Source: Prochlorococcaceae cyanobacterium
GTDB taxonomy: Bacteria > Cyanobacteriota > Cyanobacteriia > PCC-6307 > Cyanobiaceae
Direction: 5' to 3'
NCBI GenBank assembly: GCA_040399265.1
Contig: JBBASO010000003.1
Coordinates: 17,040 to 81,039 of the forward strand
Length of the DNA stretch: 64,000 nt
In this document: in pieces, positions 19,579 to 28,495 of the stretch
Layout: every line of letters starts with the position of its first letter
Position numbering within the stretch: the stretch's first letter is position 1
The notes under the pieces: generated by a model
Seen by the model: only the letters and a program-made list of their open reading frames with translations
Told to the model about the DNA's origin: nothing
Databases searched by the model: none
Program-made: the position numbers and the translations under genes

Positions 19579-21018
19579 TCAGCCCACTGAACCCTCAAGC
19601 TTGAGAGCCAGCAGTTTGTCGGCCTCGGCGGCGAATTCCATCGGCAGCTGGTTGAACACATCGCGACAGAAACCACTCACCATCATCGAGACGGCCTCCT
19701 CAAAGGCGATGCCGCGGCTCTGTAGATAGAAGAGTTGGTCTGCGGAGATGCGACAGGTGCTGGCCTCATGCTCGATCGCCGCATCCGGCTGCTGACAGCG
19801 GATGTATGGATAGGTGTTGGCGGCGGCCTGATCGCCGATCAGCATCGAATCACACTGACTGTAGTTGCGGGCGCCCACCGCCTTCGAACCGATCTGCACC
19901 AAGCCACGGTAACTGTTGCGGGAATGGCCCGCACTGATGCCCTTGCTCACAATCGTGGAACGAGTGCGTGGGCCCACATGCACCATTTTGGAACCGGTAT
20001 CGGCCTGCTGCCTGTTGTTGGTGAGTGCCACCGAATAGAACTCGCCAACCGAATCCGCCCCCTGCAAAACGCAACTTGGGTATTTCCAGGTGATTGCCGA
20101 GCCGGTTTCCACCTGGGTCCAGCTGATCTTGCTGCGGTCGCCGCGGCAGTGGCCGCGCTTGGTGACAAAGTTATAAATACCGCCCACGCCGTTCTCGTCC
20201 CCAGCATACCAGTTTTGCACGGTGGAATATTTGATAGTGGCATCGTCCAGCGCCACCAGCTCAACCACAGCAGCGTGCAGCTGATTGGTGTCGAACATGG
20301 GCGCTGTGCAGCCCTCCAGATAGCTCACCGAGGCCCCTTCCTCAGCCACGATCAATGTGCGCTCAAATTGACCAGTGTCGCCGGAGTTGATGCGGAAGTA
20401 AGTAGATAGCTCCATCGGACACTCCACGCCCTTTGGAATGAAAACAAAGGAGCCATCGCCGAAAACAGCTGAATTAAGAGCGGCGAAGAAGTTATCATTA
20501 CCGGGAACCACCGTACCAAGATATTCCTCAATCAGATCCGGATAATCCTTCACGGCCTCACTGATCGAACAGAAGATCACTCCATGCTCTGCCAGCTGTT
20601 CCCGGAAGGTGGTGGCGATCGAAACGCTGTCGAATACCGCATCCACCGCCACGTTCGATAGACGCTTCTGCTCACTCAGAGGGATCCCGAGCTTTTCGAA
20701 GGTTTCCAGCAGCTTGGGGTCCACCTCATCGAGACTGGCCTTCTTGGCCTGCTGCCTCGGCGCCGCGTAGTAGACCATGTCCTGGTAATCAATCGCCGGA
20801 TAGCCCAGCGACGCCCAGTCGGGCTCGCGCATCTGTTGCCACTGGCGAAATGCCCTGAGGCGGAAGTCGAGCAAGAAGGCGGGCTCACTCTTCTTAGCTG
20901 AAATCAGCCGCACCACATCTTCACTGAGGCCCTTGGCGATCTTATCGGTTTCGATGTCGGTGACGAAGCCATATTTGTATGGCTGCGAGACCAGATCCCC
21001 AACGGTGGCGGTAGACAT
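19579..21018 (-). CDS. sufB: Fe-S cluster assembly scaffold SufB
   Basis: 479 aa with the canonical SufB pattern ([35 protein letters not shown]). Confidence 0.95.
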   Translation of the reverse strand: MSTATVGDLVSQPYKYGFVTDIETDKIAKGLSEDVVRLISAKKSEPAFLLDFRLRAFRQWQQMREPDWASLGYPAIDYQDMVYYAAPRQQAKKASLDEVDPKLLETFEKLGIPLSEQKRLSNVAVDAVFDSVSIATTFREQLAEHGVIFCSISEAVKDYPDLIEEYLGTVVPGNDNFFAALNSAVFGDGSFVFIPKGVECPMELSTYFRINSGDTGQFERTLIVAEEGASVSYLEGCTAPMFDTNQLHAAVVELVALDDATIKYSTVQNWYAGDENGVGGIYNFVTKRGHCRGDRSKISWTQVETGSAITWKYPSCVLQGADSVGEFYSVALTNNRQQADTGSKMVHVGPRTRSTIVSKGISAGHSRNSYRGLVQIGSKAVGARNYSQCDSMLIGDQAAANTYPYIRCQQPDAAIEHEASTCRISADQLFYLQSRGIAFEEAVSMMVSGFCRDVFNQLPMEFAAEADKLLALKLEGSVG

Positions 21019-21065
21019 AAAAAGAAGAGGTGTGATTCAGGACAGGGCGAACTGCCGCACGGAAG

Positions 21066-21446
21066 TCACTGACCAGCAGTCGCAGCCTGGATCTCCTCCA
21101 TGGAGATCGTTTGCTGGTCGCCGCGGAAAGGATTGTCCTCGGTGAGGAACAACATGCAGTGACACTCCTTGCGCTCACGCATTGGCACGCAAGGGCAATT
21201 CCAGAAAGCCTGAGAAACCTCGGCTTCCTTATCTTCGTAATGCCGACACGGGCATAGTGCGCCGCCCAGCTCGTCCTTGTGACGGGCCAGCCCCTCCAGC
21301 ACCACCGCTGTGACACCGGGATCACTGCAGAAGTAGGTCCCGGTGCGCTGGGCGTAGGTCTCGGCAAACTTGCGAATCACCTCCAAGCTGTCGGCCCCGG
21401 CAGCCGGGCTGGGAGAGGCAGTGCTGGTGGAGCTGATCTCGGTCAT
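21066..21446 (-). CDS. ftrC: Ferredoxin-thioredoxin reductase catalytic subunit FtrC
   Basis: CPCRHYEDKEAE..WNCPCVPMRERKECHCMLF is the diagnostic FTR-B cysteine array. Confidence 0.93.
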   Translation of the reverse strand: MTEISSTSTASPSPAAGADSLEVIRKFAETYAQRTGTYFCSDPGVTAVVLEGLARHKDELGGALCPCRHYEDKEAEVSQAFWNCPCVPMRERKECHCMLFLTEDNPFRGDQQTISMEEIQAATAGQ

Positions 21447-21702
21447 GGCGGGCTGACAGACGTCTCGACAGGGGGTGTGAGGCAGCGCTGGGGATGCTGA
21501 AGGCCGGATCGGAGCAACACCGAGTGGACCGGGAAGCCCGGACTGGCGCCCCGATTACGAAACCAGAGGGTTTCCTATTCGGAAGCTTAGGGCAGGAGCG
21601 CGGCACTTTGGGCCTTCCCCATTCTGCCGTGGTACCCGGGCCTGCCGTGCAATCCCCAATTGCCTGCTGACCGTGGCATCGTGTGAATGCAAGCTGGGTT
21701 CC

Positions 21703-22344
21703 ATGGCCAGCACCTCCTCCTGCACACCCACTCGCGAAGCTGCTCTCGCTTTGCTGCTGCGTCTCGGCGAAGCCACCGCTGCCGATCTTGCCGATCGTCT
21801 GGAGGTTTCGGTTCAGGTGATGCGCCGTCATCTTCGCAATCTTGAAGACGAAGAACTGGTGGAGGCCAGCTCCGGCGCGGATGGTCCGGGCCGACCCAGC
21901 AACCGCTGGCGACTCACCGGGAAAGGCCAAGCCCAGTTCCCGGACGGCAGCGACGATTTCGCTCTGTCGCTGCTCAGCTCCATTGCGGGCACCATGCCCC
22001 CTGGCACCGTGCAGAACCTGTTGTCGCACCAGGCCCACGAAAAAGCCGCAGCCTATCGGCGCCAGCTGGGTTCAGGACCTCTGCAGCAACGGCTGGTGCG
22101 ACTGGTTGAGCTGCGGCGGAGGGAGGGATTCGTGGCCGAATGCCGTGCTGACGGCAGCGATGGCGCCTGGGTGGTGAGCGAATTCCACTGTTCGGTGATG
22201 CGCCTCGCCGAACAGTTTCCCTGCATCTGCGATCAGGAGCTTCTGCTGCTGCGCCTCACCTTCTCCGATTGCCAGGTTGAACGCGTGCACTGGCGGCTGG
22301 AACAGGGGCACTCCTGCGGCTTCCGGCTCGTTCCCAGCACGTGA
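21703..22344 (+). CDS. sufR: Fe-S cluster biogenesis transcriptional regulator SufR
   Basis: N-terminal winged-helix (LLLRLGEATAADLADRLEVSVQVMRRHLRNLEDEELV) and C-terminal Cys cluster (FHCSVMRLAEQFPCICDQE). Divergent from ftrC-sufBCDS. Confidence 0.88.
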   Translation: MASTSSCTPTREAALALLLRLGEATAADLADRLEVSVQVMRRHLRNLEDEELVEASSGADGPGRPSNRWRLTGKGQAQFPDGSDDFALSLLSSIAGTMPPGTVQNLLSHQAHEKAAAYRRQLGSGPLQQRLVRLVELRRREGFVAECRADGSDGAWVVSEFHCSVMRLAEQFPCICDQELLLLRLTFSDCQVERVHWRLEQGHSCGFRLVPST

Positions 22345-22766
22345 GCGCCTCGGCCGACACCCCCCGGGCAGATGCTGGTCCACTCAATGGCGCGGAGCTG
22401 GCTGAACTGCACGCCACCCAGCTGCCGGCCCTAGAGCTCCACCGGTTGCGCCTGCTCGCCCATGGCCTGCGCACCCTGCAGCAGATCGCCGGTCTGCGTG
22501 CAGGCCCCGCACCCAGCACCAACGCCATCGCGCTCTGGGCGGCGAAGCAACCTGCCATCGCCGCTGATCGGGTCTTCCAGACCAACTTCACCGCCCAGCT
22601 CCGGCAGCTCGCAGACCAGCTCGGCGCCATCGGCGCTGCACGGGGAATTCAGGCCCTGGATCTGGAGCTGAGCGACCTCTGCGCCTGGGCCCTTGCCGAG
22701 ACGGCGCCGGCAGAGAAGGCCCAAGCGGAGACAACGCAGCGCCTGGGCTGCGGGTTCAGCGACTGA
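22341..22766 (+). CDS. Hypothetical protein translationally coupled to sufR (141 aa)
   Basis: GTG start overlaps the sufR TGA (GTGA). Ala/Leu-rich helical protein. I recognise no family. Confidence 0.5.
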   Translation: MSASADTPRADAGPLNGAELAELHATQLPALELHRLRLLAHGLRTLQQIAGLRAGPAPSTNAIALWAAKQPAIAADRVFQTNFTAQLRQLADQLGAIGAARGIQALDLELSDLCAWALAETAPAEKAQAETTQRLGCGFSD

Positions 22767-23676
22767 TCAACACCACCGCCAGCACGCTCAGACAGGCCGC
22801 CGACGCACCGACAGCTCCGGGACGGTCCCCCTCCCAGCGAGCCAGCGGCAGGGCCAGCACCGGCGAGGTGGCCAGCAGCGCCACCGCTAGCCCGCCAGGC
22901 AGACGGCTGAGTGCGAACTGCTGCAAGACAATGCCGGCACTGGTGCCCAGCAAGGTGGCGAACAGCACCAGCGGCCAGCGCCGCCACGCCGGCCGCGGTC
23001 CCATGGCGACACCACCACGATGCTGCAACAGAGCTGGCAACAGGGGAAGCAGCACCAGAGTTCCGCCCAGCAGGCGCAGGGTCGCGGCGGTCAGCGCCGA
23101 GGGCCCGTCAAGCCTCAGCACCGAACGGGCCAGCAGGGCACCGGCCGACCCACAAAGCAGGGCCGCCAATGCCAACCCCACCCCGCGCCGCTGGTCGGCC
23201 CGATGGCTGGTCGTTTGGGCGGCGCCGGTCGATATGGGCAGGCGCTGCCGTGCCACCAGCAACACCGCCAGGCTGATCAGACCGATGCCGAGCCATTGAC
23301 GCAGCAGCGGCACCTCCCCCAGGAAGACCGTGCCGGCCGCCGCCGTCACCGCGGGCCCCCCGGCATCAAATGTGAGCGCGCGACGGGTGCCAAGCCTGCG
23401 CAGGGCCGCAAAGTACAGGCTGTCACCCGCGGCAATGCCCAGGACACCGCTCAACAGCAGAAGCAGCATCGCGGGCAGCGGCAGACGCCCCAGATCGGCG
23501 GCGCCGCCGATGAGCAGCAGCAACGGCACCTGCACCCCCAGGGCGAGGAGATTCTTGAGCAGGTTGAGCTCGGATGCGCTCAGGGAGGTGGGCAGACGGC
23601 GCCAGAGGCCGCTGGCCAGTGTCCAGCACAGTGCCGCGCCAAGGGCGGCCAGCACCCCGTCGCCGCTTGCGATCAT
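22756..23676 (-). CDS. EamA/DMT-family transporter
   Basis: C-terminal 306 aa of ORF 22756..24327, from MIASGDGVLAALGAALCW. Ten hydrophobic helices in two EamA-like halves. Confidence 0.8.
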   Translation of the reverse strand: MIASGDGVLAALGAALCWTLASGLWRRLPTSLSASELNLLKNLLALGVQVPLLLLIGGAADLGRLPLPAMLLLLLSGVLGIAAGDSLYFAALRRLGTRRALTFDAGGPAVTAAAGTVFLGEVPLLRQWLGIGLISLAVLLVARQRLPISTGAAQTTSHRADQRRGVGLALAALLCGSAGALLARSVLRLDGPSALTAATLRLLGGTLVLLPLLPALLQHRGGVAMGPRPAWRRWPLVLFATLLGTSAGIVLQQFALSRLPGGLAVALLATSPVLALPLARWEGDRPGAVGASAACLSVLAVVLISR

Positions 23677-23709
23677 CCTCAGAGCCTCGCCCCAGCCGGT
23701 CGCCCCACC

Positions 23710-24366
23710 GTGATCCTTCCGATTCCCGACGCCATCAGTTTCTTCAGGCTCAGCTGCGGGCGGTGGCGCTCGCAACGCAGCAGCCACCACCTGCTGCACC
23801 GCCGCGCCGAAGCCGGCGGCTCCTTCATCGAGGTGGTGGAACTCCAGGCCGACAACCCTCGCCTCTGTGCCATCGCCGCCCTGCACGGTCAGGATCCGGC
23901 CGGCCTGATCGGCGGCTGCCAGGTGCGATGGAGCGGCTCGATGGCCTGGGACAAAGCCGGCGAGGCCCACGAGGGCGAGAGTGTGTTCGGCCTGATCCCC
24001 AGCGACCAGCACGGCCGGAGCGGGCTGCTGCTGCGCGACCGCGGCTATGCCGAGACCGCACCGGTCGCAGGGCACTTCGCGATGGACGAGCGGGATGGCC
24101 TGCTGCTCACCACCAGCTACGAAACCATGGACAGCCTGGAGCGGTTCAGCTTCGCCGGGCCGGACGTGCGGCTGCGCACGAGCACGGTGCAAGGTCTGAG
24201 CAACACGGCCTCCTTTTGCGTGGAAACCCGCTGCCAGGCCACCTGGTTGGCAGACAGACAGGCAGAGCCGGAGCTCCGGCAGCAGGACCCTGCCCCGGCC
24301 ACCGACGGGCGCATCGCCGCTGGCCACGCCGAGGCAGGCGACTGCCTCTCCCCGCTGGGCTGGTGA
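23710..24366 (+). CDS. cpcS: Phycobiliprotein bilin lyase, CpcS/CpeS family
   Basis: GTG start inside ORF 23020..24366. FFRLSCGRWRSQRSSHHL..RRAE, W.GSMAWDK..HEG, LLRDRGYAE..PVAG, YETM..ERFSF..P..RLRTSTV. Which subfamily it belongs to is not resolvable by eye. Confidence 0.8.
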   Translation: MILPIPDAISFFRLSCGRWRSQRSSHHLLHRRAEAGGSFIEVVELQADNPRLCAIAALHGQDPAGLIGGCQVRWSGSMAWDKAGEAHEGESVFGLIPSDQHGRSGLLLRDRGYAETAPVAGHFAMDERDGLLLTTSYETMDSLERFSFAGPDVRLRTSTVQGLSNTASFCVETRCQATWLADRQAEPELRQQDPAPATDGRIAAGHAEAGDCLSPLGW

Positions 24367-24476
24367 AGGCCGCGCCGAACAGACTCGAACGTTACGGACT
24401 GTGAGCCATGCCTGAAGGGCCTGATGGGCACCCGGGGTGCACTTCTACGATCCCCCTCGACGGATGCCGTACTCGC

Positions 24477-25235
24477 GTGGCCCTGCCCCTCTTGCAATAC
24501 GCACCCACCACCCAGAACTCCAGGGTTGCTCCCCTGCGGGTGGGTTCGGATGAGGACCCCAAGGCCGTGTCCATGGACAAGGCCATGGATCGCGAAGATC
24601 AGAACTTCGTGATCGAAGCGGCCTACCGCCAGATCTTTTTCCACGCCTTCAAGGTCGACCGCGACCGCACCCTCGAATCCCAGCTCCGTGATGGTCAGAT
24701 CACGGTGCGGGACTTCATCCGCTCCCTCTGCCTCTCGGACACGTTCAATCGCAGCTTCTACAACCTCAACAGCAACTACATGGTGGCTCGCCACCTTGTC
24801 GAGAAGCTGCTGGGCCGCAAGACCCACGGCAAGTCCGAGGAGATCGCCTGGTCGGCCGTGCTCATGACCCGCGGCGTCAAGGGGATGGTCGACGACATCC
24901 TCAATTCCCAGGAATATCTGGATAATTTCGGCTACGACACGGTTCCCTACCACCGCAATCGCGTGGTGGGGAGCCGCGATCTTGGCGAAACCCCCTTCAA
25001 CATCACCAGCCCTCGTTATGAGGCGTACCACCGAAGCATCCTGGGCTTCCCGCAGGTGGTCTACACCGGTCCGATCAAGGCATTCCCGGAGCGTTCCCGC
25101 CAGCGTCGTGGCGGCTTCCCCGAGGACTACCTCTCGATCGTGCGCAGCCTGCCGGCCATGCGGGCCAGCAGTGCCTCGGCCAGCGCCGACATGGATTATC
25201 TGGCCAAAGTTCCCTACCGCAGCCTCGGTCGCTGA
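24477..25235 (+). CDS. cpcG: Phycobilisome rod-core linker CpcG
   Basis: GTG start gives (M)ALPLLQYAPTTQNSRV. PBS-linker domain (IEAAYRQIFFHAFK..ESQLRDGQITVRDFIR.L..S..F) and YEAYHRSILGFPQVVY tail. Confidence 0.9.
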   Translation: MALPLLQYAPTTQNSRVAPLRVGSDEDPKAVSMDKAMDREDQNFVIEAAYRQIFFHAFKVDRDRTLESQLRDGQITVRDFIRSLCLSDTFNRSFYNLNSNYMVARHLVEKLLGRKTHGKSEEIAWSAVLMTRGVKGMVDDILNSQEYLDNFGYDTVPYHRNRVVGSRDLGETPFNITSPRYEAYHRSILGFPQVVYTGPIKAFPERSRQRRGGFPEDYLSIVRSLPAMRASSASASADMDYLAKVPYRSLGR

Positions 25236-25260
25236 CCATCCGGATCCCATCTCCATCAAG

Positions 25261-25282
25261 GCGGCCGTCAGGCCGCTTTTTT
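25261..25282 (+). terminator. Rho-independent terminator after cpcG
   Basis: GCGGCC-GTCA-GGCCGC stem-loop followed by TTTTTT, 26 nt after the cpcG stop. Confidence 0.75.
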
Positions 25283-25285
25283 GTT

Positions 25286-25316
25286 GGCCGCAGCACCGGG
25301 GGAACCGGCCGCAGCA
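25286..25316. repeat. 10-nt direct repeat GGCCGCAGCA with an 11-nt spacer
   Basis: Copies at 25286-25295 and 25307-25316, read directly. Confidence 0.9.
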
Positions 25317-25331
25317 ACCTGATCCCCGCTG

Positions 25332-25365
25332 CAGCGAGTGGTCAGTGGATCCTGACCACTCGCTG
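25332..25365. repeat. Perfect 14-bp inverted repeat (CAGCGAGTGGTCAG-tggatc-CTGACCACTCGCTG)
   Basis: Read directly. No T-run follows. It lies 60 nt upstream of the DUF4912 gene start. Confidence 0.9.
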
Positions 25366-25424
25366 ACCTGTTGAGCAATCGGTGGGAGAGTCGACCACAC
25401 TGATCCCAAAAGAAACCTGTTGCT

Positions 25425-26495
25425 GTGAGCCCTTCCTTCAGTGCCCTAGCCCGGATGACTCTGCGCCAGCTTCGCCAGGTGGCCAGCGACCTTGGCGTGG
25501 CGCTGTATAGCCGCAAATCCAAGGAAGATCTGGTCGCTGCGATTGAAGAGCGTCAGGACGTACAGGACAAGACTCCAACTCTTTCGGCGATCGAAGCCGA
25601 GATGACCCCCGCGCCGCGGCCCGCCGCTGAAACCAGCGTGGTGTTCCTGCCGCGCGATCCCCAGTGGGCTTACGTGTTCTGGGAGATCGCCGAGAGCGAC
25701 CGCCAGCTGGCCATTGATGCCGCTGCGACCCAGCTGTGCCTGCGGGTCGCCGACGTGACGGGCCTGCCCGGTGGATCCGCCCACCCCCACACACTCCAGG
25801 AGGTGATGGTCGACAGCCACGCGACCGAGTGGTACCTACCGGTTCCCCTCAGCGACCGCGACTATCGCGTTGAGCTGGGCTATCGCAGGAATAACGGCGG
25901 AGGCTGGATCTCCCTGGCCTTTTCTTCGGTGGCGCGGGTACCTGCCCTGCACCCGTGCGAGCAGATCCTGGATCAGTTCGTGCCGTTCTCCCTTGAAGCA
26001 GCGCCGGCCCCGCTGCCGACGCCCGTCGAACCCGCAGACGCAGGCCTGCACGAGCGGCTCTACCAGAGCGCCACGTCACAGTGGCGGCGCATCAGCCGCG
26101 GTTCCGAGGCATTCCACGAGCTCGAGGCCGCTGGATTCGAGTCCGGTGATCTGAGCGCGTCCGGAGCCGGTGTCTGGGCCAGCGGCCGCGATTCGGGGAT
26201 CGGCGGAGTCGCCCCGCGCCAGCGATCCTTCTGGCTGGTGGCCGATGCTGAATTGATCGTTTATGGCGCCACCGACCCCGCCGCCCGGCTCACAATCGGT
26301 GGCGAGAGCGTGCCTCTCTCTGCCGACGGCACTTTCCGGGTTCAGGTTCCCTTCCGGGACGGACAACAGCTCTACCCGATCGAAGCGACCGCCGCCGATG
26401 GCGTTCAGAAGCGCAGCATCACCCTGGAGTTCAGCCGCACCACCCCTGAAGACAACAGCAATCCCGCCGATAAAGCTGTCAATGAGTGGTTCTGA
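25425..26495 (+). CDS. DUF4912 protein with an N-terminal Rho_N/SAP-like domain
   Basis: MTLRQLRQVASDLGV..SKEDLVAAIE, then PRDPQWAYVFWEI..YRVELGYR pattern. GTG at 25425; ATG at 25455 is also possible. Confidence 0.7.
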   Translation: MSPSFSALARMTLRQLRQVASDLGVALYSRKSKEDLVAAIEERQDVQDKTPTLSAIEAEMTPAPRPAAETSVVFLPRDPQWAYVFWEIAESDRQLAIDAAATQLCLRVADVTGLPGGSAHPHTLQEVMVDSHATEWYLPVPLSDRDYRVELGYRRNNGGGWISLAFSSVARVPALHPCEQILDQFVPFSLEAAPAPLPTPVEPADAGLHERLYQSATSQWRRISRGSEAFHELEAAGFESGDLSASGAGVWASGRDSGIGGVAPRQRSFWLVADAELIVYGATDPAARLTIGGESVPLSADGTFRVQVPFRDGQQLYPIEATAADGVQKRSITLEFSRTTPEDNSNPADKAVNEWF

Positions 26496-26703
26496 GACAA
26501 CGGGCAGCAGCGTGCGCAGCCAAACCGTTCAGCGGGCTGTCGTGGCCTTCACTCCCCTGGCCGGCGCCATCGGCTTTCCAGTGGCCATCCCCTTGGTGAT
26601 TCAATCAGCCGGCCTGCCGACCGCCTTGCTCTGCGCCGTGGCGCTGGCAAGTGGGTGGTTTGTGCTGATGCTGCGCACGGCCGAAATGCCTGGTCACCAC
26701 TGA
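26482..26703 (+). CDS. Small 2-TM membrane protein (73 aa)
   Basis: The ATG lies 14 nt inside the end of the DUF4912 gene. AVVAFTPLAGAIGFPVAIPLVI and LLCAVALASGWFVLML helices. Confidence 0.45.
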   Translation: MSGSETTGSSVRSQTVQRAVVAFTPLAGAIGFPVAIPLVIQSAGLPTALLCAVALASGWFVLMLRTAEMPGHH

Positions 26704-26804
26704 TAGTGCCCTCCCCGGAGTCAGGTCAGCCGCCCGCTGCTTGAGCGTCACCACTGTCGAAGACCGCAGCAGGTGGCAATGCTTTTTGCAGTTCCGCACT
26801 TGAG

Positions 26805-28187
26805 ATGGCGCTTCGCTGGTTCACCCCCAGGGTCGGTCGACTCGCAGCACCGTTATCTGCGTTGCTGCTGGCCGGTTGCGCCGCTCAGGCCGACCTGATC
26901 GGTCAGCCAACGGCCCGCCCATCACTGCCACCTGGCATCGAGGTGGCCTTCAACCACCGCGCCAGCAGCCGCTACCGCAGCCCGATCCACGGCCAATGGC
27001 GCCCAGGCGATGATCTGGAGGCCTTCCTGCTCGAAAGCATCGGCGGCGCCCGGCAGGAGATCCTGGTGGCGGTGCAGGAACTGTCGCTGCCACGGGTGGC
27101 TAAGGCCCTGGTGGAGCGACACCGCCAGGGCCTGACCGTGCAGGTTGTGCTGGAGCATCTGTACAGCACCCCCTGGAGCGAACAGCATCCCGCTGATCTC
27201 AGCCCCCATCTGCGCCAGCGCCAGAACCAGCTGCGGGCTCTGGCGGGCGGCGATGCCGTTCGCATCCTGCGCGACGGCGGCGTGCCGGTGATAGACGACA
27301 CAGCCGACGGCAGCGCCGGCAGCGGGCTGATGCACCACAAATTCATGGTGATCGATGGCCGGCAGGTGATCACCGGCTCCACCAACTTCACCAGCTCCTG
27401 CGTGCACGGTGATCCCGACGATCCCCGCACCCGCGGCAACGTCAACCACCTGCTGCGTCTGCAGAGCGCCGCACTGGCCGACCTGTTCCGCCGCGAATTC
27501 GCGACCCTTTGGGGCGACGGACCCGGAGGAGCGCCCAACAGCCGCTTCGGCATCGCCAAAAACAGCCCCGGTATCCGCTGGACAACCGTGGGCCGTGTGC
27601 CCGTTGGCGTGCTGTTCGCCCCCCATCGGCGCCAGGACCCCCACCATGGCCTGCGGCTGCTGGATGCTCTGCTGGCACGCACCCGGCGCCAGGCCGATCT
27701 GGCCCTGTTCGTGTTCTCCGATCAGCAGTTAGGCAACCGACTCGGCGAGCTGCATGACCGGGGTGTGGCGATTCGCCTGCTTGCCGATCCAGGCTTCGCC
27801 ACCCGTTCATTCAGTGAAGTGCTGGATCTGCTCGGCGTCACCCTGCCCGACCACCGCTGCCGCCTCGAAGCCGGGAACAGGCCCCGCACCACAGGAATCG
27901 ACGGTGTCGGCACCCCGCGCCTGAGCGCCGGGGACAAGCTGCATCACAAGCTTGCCGTGCTGGATCGCCGGTTCGTGATCAGCGGTTCGTTCAATTGGAG
28001 CCCGTCAGCCGCGCACCAGAATGACGAAACCCTGCTGGTGATCGATTCGCCCGCCCTGGCGACGCACTTCAACGAGGAGATCGACCGGCTCTGGCAGGGC
28101 GCGGAACTCGGTGAAACGGACAGGCTTGAGCGGAAGCGGAAGCGGCAGCGGCTGAGCTGTGGCACTGGTCGCGCGCTGCAGTCCTAA
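26805..28187 (+). CDS. Phospholipase D superfamily lipoprotein with two HKD motifs
   Basis: Lipobox LLLAGC. HKD-1 is HHKFMVIDGRQVITGSTNFT and HKD-2 is HHKLAVLDRRFVISGSFNWS. Confidence 0.85.
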   Translation: MALRWFTPRVGRLAAPLSALLLAGCAAQADLIGQPTARPSLPPGIEVAFNHRASSRYRSPIHGQWRPGDDLEAFLLESIGGARQEILVAVQELSLPRVAKALVERHRQGLTVQVVLEHLYSTPWSEQHPADLSPHLRQRQNQLRALAGGDAVRILRDGGVPVIDDTADGSAGSGLMHHKFMVIDGRQVITGSTNFTSSCVHGDPDDPRTRGNVNHLLRLQSAALADLFRREFATLWGDGPGGAPNSRFGIAKNSPGIRWTTVGRVPVGVLFAPHRRQDPHHGLRLLDALLARTRRQADLALFVFSDQQLGNRLGELHDRGVAIRLLADPGFATRSFSEVLDLLGVTLPDHRCRLEAGNRPRTTGIDGVGTPRLSAGDKLHHKLAVLDRRFVISGSFNWSPSAAHQNDETLLVIDSPALATHFNEEIDRLWQGAELGETDRLERKRKRQRLSCGTGRALQS

Positions 28188-28208
28188 GTTGGCGAACCGA
28201 CCGTCTGC

Positions 28209-28457
28209 GTGACGATGCCCGCGCTTCCGGACTCCAGACAACACCTGGCCACACTGGACGCGATTCAGCTGATGCTTCGGGATCTGCACACCCGGCACGA
28301 TGAAATCCGCCATCGGGCAGCGTTTCGCGGCTGCACCAAGGAGCTGCTGGACGTGCAGCAGGAACTGGTGGATTACTTGCTGGCCAAAAAAGGCGCCCTG
28401 ATGGGCCAGCAGAACCCGGAAAGCCAAACCAATCCCAGTTACACCGCTTACCTCTGA
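28209..28457 (+). CDS. Small helical hypothetical protein (82 aa)
   Basis: GTG start 21 nt after the PLD stop. Coding-like codon use. No family recognised. Confidence 0.45.
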   Translation: MTMPALPDSRQHLATLDAIQLMLRDLHTRHDEIRHRAAFRGCTKELLDVQQELVDYLLAKKGALMGQQNPESQTNPSYTAYL

Positions 28458-28495
28458 TCGGTTCCCCCCCGCAACCTGACCCGCTGAACGCTGTT

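Noticed and set aside
21047-21062. ACGGAAGT string reminiscent of the glutamine (glnA) riboswitch core.
   Set aside because: It is on the wrong strand relative to the flanking minus-strand genes, and it lacks the CGUUC...GAACG closing helix.
22756-24327. 523-aa reverse ORF that looks like one large protein.
   Set aside because: Only the C-terminal 306 aa (22756-23676) form an EamA transporter. The upstream part is antisense to a clear CpcS-type lyase gene (23710-24366) and has no protein-like features.
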